The notes under the pieces: generated by a model
Database searches by the model: none
Seen by the model: only the letters and a program-made list of their open reading frames with translations
Told to the model about the DNA's origin: nothing
Program-made: the position numbers and the translations under genes
Shown: one piece after another, positions 13,356-25,415 of the stretch
Numbering within the stretch: position 1 is the first letter of the stretch
Layout of the letters: the number at the start of each line of letters is the position of its first letter
NCBI RefSeq assembly: GCF_963921235.1
Contig: NC_086108.1
Location: 15,996,001-16,060,000 of the forward strand
Reading direction: 5' to 3'
DNA: 64,000 nt
Origin: Mobula hypostoma
Lineage: Eukaryota

Positions 13356-14369
13356 CTGAAAGGAAAGGCGGCAGTTCTATTTCGTAATCACTTCTTTCCT
13401 GCCCATCATCTCCCTCTGGTGCTCCTCCCCTTCCCTTTCTTCCACGGTCTTCTGTCCTCTCCTTATCAGATTCCTCCTCCTCCAGCTCTTTATCTCTTTC
13501 ACCAGTCAACTTCTCAGCTTTTTACTTTACCCCACCCCCTCCCAGTTTTACCTATCACCTGCCACGCCTCCAACACTGCAGCTGAATCTACTGTCACCTT
13601 CACAGAAGTAAGATCAGCCATATAGAGCGTGAATCCACAGAAAGCTTTGGGCCAGATGGTGTCCAAGGCCATGCCTCTTAGATCCTCTGTAGATCACCTG
13701 GCAGGCACATTTGCAGACATTTTTTTTTAAACCTCAGCCTGCTTCAGACTGTGGTACCCTCCTGCTTTAAGAAGACCATGATCATCCTGGTGCTAAGATA
13801 ACGTGGCTTAATGACTACTGATGAAGTGCTTCAAGAGGCTGGTCATGGCAGCACCAATTCCAGCATTCCGGACAACCTCAACTTACTGCAGTTTGCCTAC
13901 TGCCAAAACAGGCCTACGGCAGATACTATCTCCCTGGTTCTACACTCTGGAGCAGCTGGACAGTAAAGACACCCACATCAGACCATTGTTTAGTGAATAC
14001 AGCTCCACTACTTAACGTTTCAGGATGGCAAGAGAATGAAAGGGGAGTTGGTAGGAATGCAAAAGAAAATAATTTGTAGGAGAGGGGTAATGGATTGTTC
14101 GGCTAAGACCTAACATGGTCCTGATAGTTCTATGAACTCATTACACATTTAATAATTAGTCTAGTTTTCGACTCTACCTTTGAGAAATTATTGGAGGCAG
14201 TGTTAGAAGCTTCAGAAGATTTATTAATGAGTTCAATGGACATGAAGAAAGATTGATCTATATATCTATATATATTTGAATTTAGAGCAATAAAACATGA
14301 ATTTATTGAAACATACGTTTTTAGGGGAGCAGTAAGTGTGATGCTGAGAGGATGGCTCTAGAGGAACAA

Positions 14370-14490
14370 GGTGTTCACAGCTTTAGAACCTGATCTCAGG
14401 TGCTGACTGTATGGAGTTTGCACATTCTCCTTGTGACTGTATTAAGTTTCCCCTGGGTGCTCTAGTTTCCTTCTACATCCCAAAGGTTGG
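14370..14490 (+). mobile_element. Degenerate HE1/V-SINE-like element (another remnant near 17565-17680)
   Basis: TGTATGGAGTTTGCACATTCTCCTTGTGACTG...GGGTGCTCTAGTTTCCT resembles the V-SINE core. Confidence 0.65.
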
Positions 14491-15249
14491 AACGTGGGGA
14501 GAGGGATACAAGAAGGGAAGAGAGATAACTCTACATGGGTGATTGATGGTCAGCCTGAACTCAGTAGGATGAACTGTGAAGGGCTTATCACTAAATATAT
14601 TCAAGTTGAAGTCTGGAAGTATGGGGAGAGCTCAAGAAAATGTCCTGAGATTAAGATTGCACCAACCATGACCCAATTTGAGGCAATGATAGGCCCATTC
14701 TTGCTACTCTTTCTTACCTCCAAGGTCAGAGTCATACAGAACTACAGTACAGAAACATGTCCTTCAGCCCATCTAGTCTGCGCCAAACTATTTAAGCTGC
14801 CTAGTCCCACCTATCTGCATCCAGACCATATCCCTCCATACCCCTGCCATCCATGTACCTATTCAAACTTCTCTTAAAAGTTGAATTCACGTTCACAGAC
14901 TCCACTTGTGCTGGCAGCTCATTCTGCACTCCCACCACCCTCTGAAGAAGTTTATTTAATTTATGGCTCTGATTACTTTTTAAAATTAAATTTCTGCACT
15001 TACTTTTAAAAATAACTTAATTATTTCAAACGTGTATAAATAGATTTGCATGTTTAATGACAAGGGGTTGAGCACAATGACCTGCCTGCTGGGTTGTTGC
15101 GAATATACTTGAAGAGTTGATGAGTGTTTTGGATGGATAATCAGAATCAGGTTTAATATCACTGGCATATGTTGTGAAATTTGTTAATTTTGTGGCAGTA
15201 ATACAATGCAATACATGATAAATATACCATGTACCTCTGAAAATATATA

Positions 15250-16330
15250 TCTCTGAAAAGAGGAAGCTGTCTAAGTTGCATGCCATCTTGGTCAATGTCT
15301 CCCATCCACTACATAATGTACAGGGTGGGCACAGGAGTACATTCAGCCAGAGACTCATTCCACCGAGATGCAACACAGAGCGTCATAGGAAGTTATTCCT
15401 GCCTGTGGCCATCAAACTTTACAACTCCTCCCTTGGAGGGTCAGACACCCTGAGCCAATAGGCTGGTCCTGGACTTATTTCATAATTTACTGGCATAATT
15501 TACATATTACTATTTAACTATTTATGGTTCTATTACTATTTATTACTTATGGTGCAACTGTAACGAAAACCAATTTCCCCCGGGATCAGTAAAGTATGAC
15601 TATGACTATAAAATAAATAAATAAATTGGTGGTGGTGGTTGGCATCCATCTGTCTGGAAGGACGATGGGCAATGATGATCACCATCACAAGCCTGGGCGG
15701 AAGAATGAGGGGAGATTTGATAGAGATATATAAAATTATGATGGGTATTGATAGAGTGAATGCAAGCAGGCTTTTTCCACTGAGGCAAGGGGAGAAAAAG
15801 ACCAGAGGACATGGGTTAAGGGTGAGGGGGGAACAGTTTAAAGGGAACATTAGGGGGGGCTTCTTCACACAGAGAGTGTTGGGAGTATGGAATGAGCTGC
15901 CAGACGAGGTGGAAAATGCGGGTTCTTGGGATATGGTCCCTGTGCAGGTCAGTGGGACTAGGCAGAAAATGGTTCTGTTTCTGTGCTGTAGTTTCTATGG
16001 TTTCTATGGTATGGAGATCCCCCTCTCGGCCTCACCAGTGTAGTCCAAAGGAAAGCTCATGAAGCAATACGTCTGGCACCAGCTTGGCCACAGGAGCTGC
16101 CGGAAGGATGTTCAATGATGTTCAGCGATGCTCAGCCACCTTAAGGGCTCCACTCCACTCTGGATTTTTTGTCTGGGTTTACTCCCGTAGCCTTCTTCTC
16201 TCCCAAAGCTGCCCACAAGGCAGTGAGGCTATTTATCCATAGCTGGGGATCTACTTGACAAGCAGCAGGGCATGTCCACACACCAGTGGGCCTGCGTGCT
16301 ATGTGTGCAGGGGCCATATCTCCTCCCCAT
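15250..16330. mobile_element. Rex1 3' end (+, 15250-15610), CR1 3' fragment (+, about 15700-16010) and an RTE-related short element (-, to about 16330)
   Basis: Rex1 HPLH...FLPVAIKLYN motif and (ATGACT)n tail. The CR1 piece is nearly identical to 2403-2790 with an internal deletion. The minus-strand segment shares GAAGGCTnCGGGAGTAAA with the element near 61606. Confidence 0.7.
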
Positions 16331-16339
16331 CCTCTGTAG

Positions 16340-16757
16340 GAGGCACCTTTTGAGAAGGAATAGGAGGGAAGATGTGTGGTCGGAGTGACTGAGGTATGGA
16401 CATGCAGGTTTGCACTCCATTTTGGTTCTTGTTGGTAATCATGGGAATAGGCGGTGTGATTTTTTAAGGTCCCAGAGACAGTGGAACATGTGATCATGGT
16501 GTGCGGCAAATATTCATTAAAACGTGAAAAGCTATTTAGGCAATTATTGGGTAGAACCTGGATGCTTAGTTTGCAGAATATACTGGAACGTGAGACATGG
16601 GCGGTTAAGACGTGTAATGCCTCCTTTCATACCCCATTACAGTAGGTGGCGGTAAAGCACCTTCTTCTGTATCTTTTTTGACGGCGGTTGGCATCCAGCT
16701 TAATAGTGCATTACCGCCGCAAAGCACCTTCTTGAGACGCCATCGGCACAAAAGAGG
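16340..16757 (+). mobile_element. I-clade (Nimb-like) LINE 3' end with a second tail inserted in the opposite orientation
   Basis: Remnant LRYGHAGLHS and PETVEHVIMVCGKY zinc-knuckle-like C-terminus, with 3' motif CAGTAGGTGGCGGTAAAGCAC. The inverted tail at 16667-16720 is flanked by AAAGCACCTTCTT direct repeats. Confidence 0.65.
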
Positions 16758-17050
16758 ATGACGTGGCTGCTGTCAGAAGGCCATCAAGGAAGTCGGTGGG
16801 TGGGACTATGGTTCCCGCCACTAAATGGCTGCTGCACGGGCGGCGCGAATCTACTTACGGGTGGTTACGAGCAGCGGTCGAAGCTGGTAGCTGCTGGCGT
16901 GTGTCGGGAGGCGAACCAGGCACAAGGCCGGGGCAACTCGATCGCGCCATGAACGGTCACGTGGGCAACTTCCGGCCTTTGGTGACCTCGCCGTAAAATG
17001 GCGGCGGCGGGCTGCGCTGGAGCTGCTGCGATACGCCTAAGATGGAGCAG
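16750..17050. promoter_or_regulatory. CpG-island-like bidirectional housekeeping promoter
   Basis: The most CpG-dense non-repeat segment in the window. E-box CACGTG 16958-16963, ETS/GABP ACTTCCGG 16968-16975, pyrimidine run CCTTT 16976-16980 and YY1 AAAATGGCGGC 16995-17005. Splice donors point outward on both strands. Confidence 0.8.
16859..16950 (-). other. Candidate first exon of a divergent minus-strand transcript
   Basis: Consensus donor GTAAGT at 16858-16853 on the minus strand, inside the CpG island. An ATG at 16950 is open to the donor but hits a stop in the candidate next exon. The start coordinate is a guess. Confidence 0.55.
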
Positions 17051-17859
17051 GTTTTCCTTCTCAAAAGACGGCACACAATTGGCAGGGTTCCCACCTCTCG
17101 CTATCCTGGGGTTGTAGCTGCCATTCTGCCACCAACCGACTGCGAGTATAGAATTTAGAGGGAGTCGGATCTAGAGATGGTGGGATGCCCTCATTTCTCT
17201 CCTGGAGCCTTGTTGCCCCAGAACTTTTGAAATCCCCACTCCCCAAAAATGGGGAAAATTGAGAATGGGCAAAATCCATTGTGGGTGTTTTGGTCCAGCT
17301 TGGCATTTGATATGCTGAAAGATAGCTTAGTAATTTGAAATCGCATGTCCCAACGAATCGATGATTGGTTGCAAAACATGAAGAAAGTTTAGGGAGTTTG
17401 CTGATGTTTGCGATTTATGGTGCGCTGCAGTGATTACGAAGAGGCCGCCGTGGACCGCCGAAAGGTAAGAAGAGGGGACAGTAATTGAAACACGTTATTA
17501 TGCGTCGGGACCGATGAGTTTCCCCGACTGTGTAAAATCGGAGAACACATTCATGTTCACCGTGCACTGGCGCTGCTGTCTCACAGCTCCATCAAGCCAG
17601 GGTCAATCCTTCCTGCTAGTGCTAGCTATCTCGAGAATGTGTATGTATTCCCTGTGATTGTTGGGTATCCACTGGTGTCCTCCATCATTAAGGACCCCAT
17701 CACCCAGAGAAGGCTGTGCAGACTGAGCCTGTTTCTATGACTGACCGAGTGAGTAGTTAATTTATTTATTTATTTAGATGCCGTGCGGAATAGGCACTTT
17801 GAGCCACGCCGCCCAGCAACCCTCGTTTTAACTCCAGACTAGTCACAGGACGATTTACA

Positions 17860-18500
17860 ATGCAATGTTGGCATTTATTTCTAGAGGAATAGCGTATAGG
17901 AGCATGGATGTGATGTTGAGGCTCTATAAGGCGCTGGTAAGACCTCACTTGGAGTACTGTGGGCAGTTTTGATCTCCTTATTTAAGAAAGGATGTGCTGA
18001 TGTTGGAGAGGGTACAGAGAAGATTCACTAGAATGATTCCGGGAATGAGAGGGTTAACATGAGGAACGTTTGTCCGCTCTTGGACTGTATTCCTTGGAGT
18101 TTAGAAGAATGAGGGGGGACCTCATAGAAACATTTTGAAAGTTGAAAGGCATGGACAGAGTGGATGTGGTAAAGTTGTTTCCCATGATGGGGGAGTCTAG
18201 TACGAGAGGGGATGACTTAAGGATTGAAGGGCGCCCATTCAGAACAGAAATGCGAAGAAATATTTTTAGTCAGAGGGTGGTGAATCTATGGAATTTGTTG
18301 CCATGGGCAGCAGTGGAGGCTGTCATTGGGTGTATTTAAGGCAGAGATTGATAGGCAGCTGAGTGGTCAGGGCATCAAAGGTTATGGTGAGAAGGCGGAG
18401 GAGTGGGACTAAATGGGAGAATGGATCAGCTCATGATAAAATGGCGGAGCAGACTCGATGGGCCGAATGGCCGACTTCTGCTCCTTTGTCTTACAGTCTT
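17860..18500 (+). mobile_element. CR1 LINE 3' fragment
   Basis: LYKALVRPHLEYCGQF and FSQRVVNLWNLLP motifs, followed by a CR1 3' UTR. Confidence 0.88.
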
Positions 18501-19509
18501 ATGATCAATCCGTACGCATTTGGATTGTGTGAGGAAACCCACAAAGTCATGGGGAGAACGTACAAACTTACAGGAATGGTAGGAATTGAACCCCAGTCTC
18601 AGGTACTGAAAAGCTTTGTGTTCAATAGGCTTTAATATACTGATATATTCAATGCAAAGATAGATTTTGGGATGTTGAGCGATGCAGAGTTGATGTGAGA
18701 CTATACTGTTCAATCCTTGCAGCTTTTTGCTGTTTGATCCTACCTAATAGACCATAAGATATAGGAGCAGAATTAGGCCATCCTGTCTGCTCTGCCATTT
18801 CATCATTGCTGATACAATTTTACTCTCAACCCAAATCTTCTGCCTTCACCCCAAATTCCTTCATGCCCTGACCAGTCAAGAATCTATCAATCAATTATTG
18901 CTGTTTACTTTGCATACTTTATGCATATAGGCATTTAATTGCACCCAGGTGTAAGTTTAAATTTATTTAAATTTAAGGGTTGATATTGATTGAGTTGCAT
19001 GATAGTTTGAGGCTGAATATCCTGCTTTTTCCTCAATTCAATGCCCCTCCTTTTTATCGTTAAACATTCTAACTTTACCAAGAAGACCTTCAATCTGAAA
19101 TACTTTTTCTCTTTCCACAGTTACTTTCTGCTGTGTTTTCCAGAATTTTATTATACTGTACCAGATTTCTAGAATCTTCATTTTCATCTCAAAGAGTCAC
19201 AAGATGATTTCTCATCACAGTTGCTTTAAATGATGAGGATTTACACATTCTTTAGTGAAACTGATAATCCTGTATGTACTTTGCAGCAGGAGTGATTATA
19301 GGAGTTTTGGCTAATCTATTTTACCCACTCTGGAAGGCTGTGCCATTGCTGAGAAGTAAAACCTGTCTGAATATTTGAGAGTGGGGATCATTGCTTTGAA
19401 GTTACTCCTTATAAACTTGGCTGTAGGAACAGGAGCAGAACAGACCTGAATGAATTTCTGTTCCTCTGCCAGTGCAAGATGTCATCAGTTTATGGCATAT
19501 GGCATTAGA

Positions 19510-19970
19510 CATACAGTGCAGAATCAGGCTCTTTGGCATTCTGGGCCATGCAATTCAAGTTGTCCATCTGAGCTAGTCCTGTTTACCTGCATTTGGCAAT
19601 TATCCCTCAAATCTTTCCTAAATGTATACCTGTCCAAATGTCTTTGAAGTGTTGTTTTACCTTCCACAGCCACTTGCCCTAGCAGCTCATTCCCTCTACC
19701 TCCCACCTTCTGTTTGAAAAGTTTGCCCCTTGAGCTGCTGATAAACCTTGCCATTCTTGGCTTATATACCTCGTATAAGATCACCTCTCAGTCTACTTCG
19801 CTTCACAAAATAAAGTCTTAGCTTGGCCGGCATCTCAAATTGTTGCACTACCCATTCCTCAAGTCCTGACATCATCTTTGTAAATCTACACTCTTCCCAG
19901 TTTAATGGCATTGTTTCTGTAGCGTGGTGACCAAATGTCTTGTATGACTGCAACATCCCATTTTCCATAC
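19510..19970 (-). mobile_element. Old CR1 LINE 3' fragment
   Basis: SRLRGDLI motif in ORF 19762..19968, with a degenerate CR1 3' UTR. Confidence 0.7.
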
Positions 19971-20425
19971 TCAGGACTCAATTCTCTGGTGAGAGCCTGC
20001 ACGTCAAAAGTTGTCTTCATCACCCTCTCAGCCTGTGACTGTTTCATCAGAAATCTTTAATAACCTGCCTCAGGGTGTGTCACTGGCAGAGAAACCAGTT
20101 ACAAGATTTGGCAGTGGTCATTTAAAACTGAGGTGTAGGAGCTTCTTGCAGGTAATGAATCTCTGGAGTTTTTTATTTGGGAGGGCTATGGAGGCAATAT
20201 CATTGGGAATATTTAAAAAGCAATTGGAAACATTTTTTTTGAAAGGTCAGGGAAGTAAGTGCCATGGGGAACTAATGCAACAGAGATGAGGCTCAAGGCA
20301 GATTAGCCACGATCATATCTGCAGGCCATGCCTGCTGTCCAAGGGCACGTTTTTGCATTCTGTTTAGTTGTTTGGCTGATATGTTTGGGATAAGTATCAA
20401 AGCCAGCAATGTTATTATACAACAG

Positions 20426-20499
20426 CAGGATGCAGGTGATCATTTAGTATTTTTCTGATTTCAGCCAAGGGCTCAAAGTAAATGCTCTGGTGTATCCTG
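20426..20499 (+). pseudogene. SNORD105: SNORD105-like box C/D snoRNA copy with degenerate boxes
   Basis: Terminal stem CAGGATGCA/TGTATCCTG. Box C is mutated (GTGATCA 20436-20442) and box D is mutated (CTGG 20487-20490). Guide TCAAAGTAAATGCT has one G:U pair with 18S. Confidence 0.75.
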
Positions 20500-23193
20500 G
20501 AGCCCATTCTAACATGTGCTCACAATAACTAAGTGCAGTGGGCCTATATAAGCCGATGCATGCCTTTCTCCTTGTTCCTTTGCTCATTGAGGTTCCAAAT
20601 AGAATTCCTGAAGTTAATTTGGGATTATGTTCAAAATCAGTTTCAGATTACTTCATTAACAATATGTAAAAAGATTCCTTTCGAAGCCTAGAAATTTGTT
20701 TTGCTAAATATCTGGCCATAGTGATGCTCACGACCCACATTTGATTCATTTTCATAAAATACAGTTTGGGGCTCTTGGATTATCCCCTTTCTGTGTCTCC
20801 TGGATGCAAATCAATTTAATTTCTTTCTCATTTGACTAGATAGATTATAATAGACTTTGGGCTCAAAGAATGGGAAGTTGTTAAAAGAAGCACCACTACT
20901 TTAACTGTGGTGTTTTATACTGCTGGAGCTTCGCTTGACAGTCTCTTCAGAGTCTGCAGCACATTGGGCATCTCTGGTACAAGGAGGCAGAGAGCCATTT
21001 GCAATATCATTGAGCCAGCAGAGAAGGACTCAAGGTGGCTCTGGATGAAGCAAGTCCATGGGGATCTGCAGCACATGCTACCTGAGCACAAGTTGTGGCT
21101 TGATCAACCACGGCTGGGTCACCCAATGACCCCAGGTTACATCATTGATTATGTGTTCAGAGCATCTTGAGATGTATTTTTCGAAAGAAAATGCTCTGAT
21201 TAAATGCAGGCTGTCTCAGGACAATGAGTTAGCTCAATGAGCACCAGGTCTTTCTGCTCTGAATACTTCAAACTATTGAAATCATAGCTTGTGTAAGCTA
21301 TTGACTGTTTTACTATGGCACAAGCACTCAGTTACACCAGAATTCTTTTATGTCAGCATGGTGGGAACACATCCACCATGGTTACTTTTATAAGACCCAT
21401 CAACTTTGCACTGAGGGACTGTTAATTGGAAACTGCATTGTGAACAGCAGTTTTCTAAAATGAAAGCAATATAGTTTTTCCTGGTTAAGTGCTTGGGAGT
21501 AGTGTAAAGGGACAAACATTGCATCTCTTGCAGTTGGTTACAAAGAGGTCATGAGAATGAAATTTGGAAGGTAAATGCAACAGCACCCGGGGAAGTGATC
21601 CCTTCATATAGCAAAAGAAGAAAGAGGTATTTTGATGGTGGCATTACTTTGAAAATAAATGAAAATTTGAGCGATGATCCACTGGTAGTGGAGGCCGGTT
21701 AGTTGAAGACAGTGTCCTGGCCTCACTGTTAATAGTTTAATCCAAGGAGAGCCCAAGATCCCTTCTATTCTCCGCTGGAGTTTTAGCCACTATCCCTCCA
21801 CCACTACTGTCTTCTGACTGTTACTGTACATTGAACGGTGTTTGCTTTAACTCCACTCACTTTCTCTAAATGCTATGGAAGCCTTTTGGGTTCAGGAATG
21901 CCTATTATTGTTGGGCTTATGGAACATTATTTCCTTGTCCCATACACTGTCTTTGTCCAGTCAATTAATAACAGTGGAAGCGCCTTCCCGTTCTTTGCTT
22001 TGAGCTTGCATCTATATATAATTCTGGTTTCATCATGTGCTCCATCTTGAACTCTTGTTTATCTTATTTCCGTTATGGACAAGTGAGCAGCATTGACCAT
22101 GTACTCTCCACTTCCCATCGCTGTACTCATTTTATGCTTCCAGTTTTTATGCCTTTGTCTTGTTAGCTCTTATAATGTCACTTTTGTCATTTTTACTCTC
22201 TTAAAGTAGAAAGGCCCATACTGCTTGGAGTCTATTCCGACTTGCTTCGCTGTAATATGTTCCCTTATTTTTTTGTACCCATTGATTCCGTCCTGATTCT
22301 CCTGGCACTTGCCAAGGATAAATTTACAGTGGGCCAATTAATCTAACAAACTATTTTGGGATGTGGCAATAAACCAGAGCACCTGGGAGAATACATACCA
22401 TAGATGGAATGAGAGGTCAGGTTTAAGCCTGGGTTACTGTAAGTGTGAGTCAGCAGCTCTGATATGCATCAGGTTTGGCATTTTTCTTCAACTCAGGTTT
22501 CCCCTCTTTAGTTGCCAGCACTCCTGACTGCTCCACTCTCACTCCAGCACCATATTGTGATGCTCGTTTCCCATCTACATCTGGTGACTGGTCTGTTGTT
22601 TATGCACTTGTCCATTTCTTGGCTTCTGACCATACCTTTAAATTAATATTTAATTTACCTGACTTCCAACCCACCATAGAACTTACCTTTTTTGCTTTTC
22701 CCCCCATTTTTTAAATTCTGCAGCATTGTCTTTTAATCTTTGATTTTTGTTTTTCAGATCTCATTAAAGGATTAAGATTTTTGCTCCAACCAGTTGTTAT
22801 AAATGTTGAGTTTTTGCAGGATTGCGTCTTATTAAGGAAGAAACATACTGTTCTGCACAATGGAAATCAGTGTAGAGCTCTGACTAATTTATTTAGTCCT
22901 TGAAATGAGGAACAAATGCCAATTTTTAATAAAACTGCTGAGCCTGGGTTGCTCAGTTTACTCACAAACCAGGAGGAGGCATAAAACAGATTTGTGTGAT
23001 TTTTTTTAAGTCTAAATATTGTGGAAGTTTTGCAGTTAGCTGTAAATTGCAAGTCAGCCTTCTGCATTAGGTAATGATTTCTGTTGTGGTTAGTAGAAGG
23101 ACATCTTCACAAGACAGACTGAATGCATTTGTCATCAGTACTTTATCATGAGCTCTTAATCTTGTGGGGTGGCCCTCTTGTGAAGAGGGGAAA

Positions 23194-23261
23194 GGACACA
23201 AATGATGATTTTTGTTTGCAGATTCTACCGTGAGGCTCAAAGTAAACGCTCTGATGTGTCC
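23194..23261 (+). ncRNA. SNORD105: Box C/D snoRNA, SNORD105 (U105) family, guide for 18S rRNA Um799-equivalent
   Basis: Perfect 7-bp terminal stem GGACACA/TGTGTCC. Box C ATGATGA 23202-23208 and box D CTGA 23251-23254. The 14-nt guide TCAAAGTAAACGCT is complementary to conserved 18S AGCGUUUACUUUGA. Confidence 0.93.
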
Positions 23262-23928
23262 AACAGATCAACGTGTGTTTTGTTTTTGATAAAACAAATG
23301 GGGCTTTATACTATCGGGTGCAACTTGTTTTCTGTGCACAATAATTATTCATTGAATATTTTCTGAACTTCTTAGATTTTTTATTATATTGCTCTTGGAG
23401 TTATAGCCAAATTATCAGCTTGCATATTTCTGTTGTCACAACTGGGGTCATTTGTGATGGACATAGAAACATCAGTGAAGCATAGTTTTTCTTTATATTC
23501 TATTACTCTGGGGGGCAAGCTGTGCTTAAAAAGTTTATTTTCCACATAATGGTTAGTTTATTCTATATATGCAAAGTTCAATGAATGTTTAAAAATAACT
23601 GTCCAAACTCAGGTGTGACTGGTTTTTAATTATTTATTGTTATTAAGGCCTGTCGTGTGAAATGAAGTCTATCAGTATATGTTGATTATGGGCTCTTTGT
23701 ATGTTCCAGACACTCATGAATTCTGAAGTTTGGACAAGGTTTTTGCATTTGCTTGGAGGGATGGCTTGTAGAAGACCATGGAAGTGACTTCAAAAACAGT
23801 AGGTTTTTTTTTGTAGTGAGAGCCTTCAGGATACTGAGACTGTATTTCGCGCAATTTGTTTTTAAAAGAATATTAGGTGTGAGGAAGAATCACTACGATT
23901 AGGTTGCACATCTCTGCATACTTTACTT

Positions 23929-25415
23929 AGAAACATAGAAACATAGAAAATAGGTGCAGGAGTAGGCCATTCGGCCCTTCGAGCCTGCACCGCCATTTAT
24001 TATGATCATGGCTGATCATCCAACTCAGAACCCAGCCTTCCCTCCATACCCCCTGACCCCTGTAGCCACAAGGGCCATATCTAACTTCCTTTTAAACATA
24101 GCTAATGAACTGGCCTCAACAGTTTGCTGTGGCAGAGAATTCCACAGATTCACCACTCTCTGTGTGAAGAAGTTTTTCCTAACCTCGGTCCTAAAAGGCT
24201 TCCCCTCTATCCTCAAACTGTGACCCCTCGTTCTAGACCTCCCCAACATCGGGAACAATCTTCCCGCATCTAGCCTGTCCAATCCCTTTAGGATCTTATA
24301 CGTTTCAATCAGATCCCCCCTCAATCTTCTAAATTCCAACGAGTACAAGCCCAGTTCATCCAGTCTTTCTTCATATGAAAGACCTGCCATCCCAGGAATC
24401 AATCTGGTGAACCTTCTTTGTACTCCCTCTATGGCAAAGATGTCTTTCCTCAGATTAGGGGACCAAAACTGCACACAATACTCCAGGTGTGGTCTCACCA
24501 AGGCCTTGTACAACTGCAGTAGTACCTCCCTGCTCCTGTACTCGAATCCTCTCGCTATAAATGCCAGCATACCGTTCGCCTTTTTCACCGCCTGCTGTAC
24601 CTGCATGCCCACTTTCAATGACTGGTGTATAATGACACCCAGGTCTCGTTGCACCTCCCCTTTTCCTAATCGGCCACCATTCAGATAATAATCTGTTTTC
24701 CTATTTTTGCCACCAAAGTGGATAACTTCACATTTATCCACATTAAATTGCATCTGCCATGAGTTTGCCCACTCACCCAACCTATCCAAGTCACCCTGCA
24801 TCCTCTTAGCATCCTCCTCACTGCTAACACTGCCACCCAGCTTTGTGTCATCCGCAAACTTGGAGATGCTGCATTTAATTCCCTCATCCAAGTCATTAAT
24901 ATATATTGTAAACAACTGGGGTCCCAGCACTGAGCCTTGCGGTACCCCACTAGTCACCGCCTGCCATTCTGAAAAGGTCCCGTTTATTCCCACTCTTTGC
25001 TTCCTGTCTGCTAACCAATTCTCCACCCACACCAATACCTTACCCCCAATACCGTGTGCTTTAAGTTTGCACACTAATCTCCTATGTGGGACCTTGTCAA
25101 AAGCCTTTTGAAAATCCAAATATACCACATCCACTGGTTCTCCCCTATCCACTCTACTAGTTACATCCTCAAAAAATTCTATGAGATTCGTCAGACATGA
25201 TTTTCCTTTCACAAATCCATGCTGACTTTGTCCGATCATTTCACCGCTTTCCAAATGTGCTGTTATCACATCCTTGATAACTGACTCCAGCAGTTTCCCC
25301 ACCACTGACGTTAGGCTAACCGGCCTATAATTCCCCGGTTTCTCTCTCCCTCCTTTTTTAAAAAGTGGGGTTACATTAGCCACCCTCCAATCCTCAGGAA
25401 CTAGTCCAGAATCTA
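23929..25415 (-). mobile_element. Young 5'-truncated CR1 LINE with an uninterrupted RT reading frame
   Basis: ORF 24025..25383 (452 aa) has [32 protein letters not shown] and FADD with no stops. Ends in a (TTTCTATG)n tail. Confidence 0.96.

Noticed and set aside
16998..17117. ATG in GC-rich context giving MAAAGCAGAAAIRLRW...
   Set aside because: Stops after about 39 codons, the ATG is the core of a YY1 motif, and it does not resemble PPAN.
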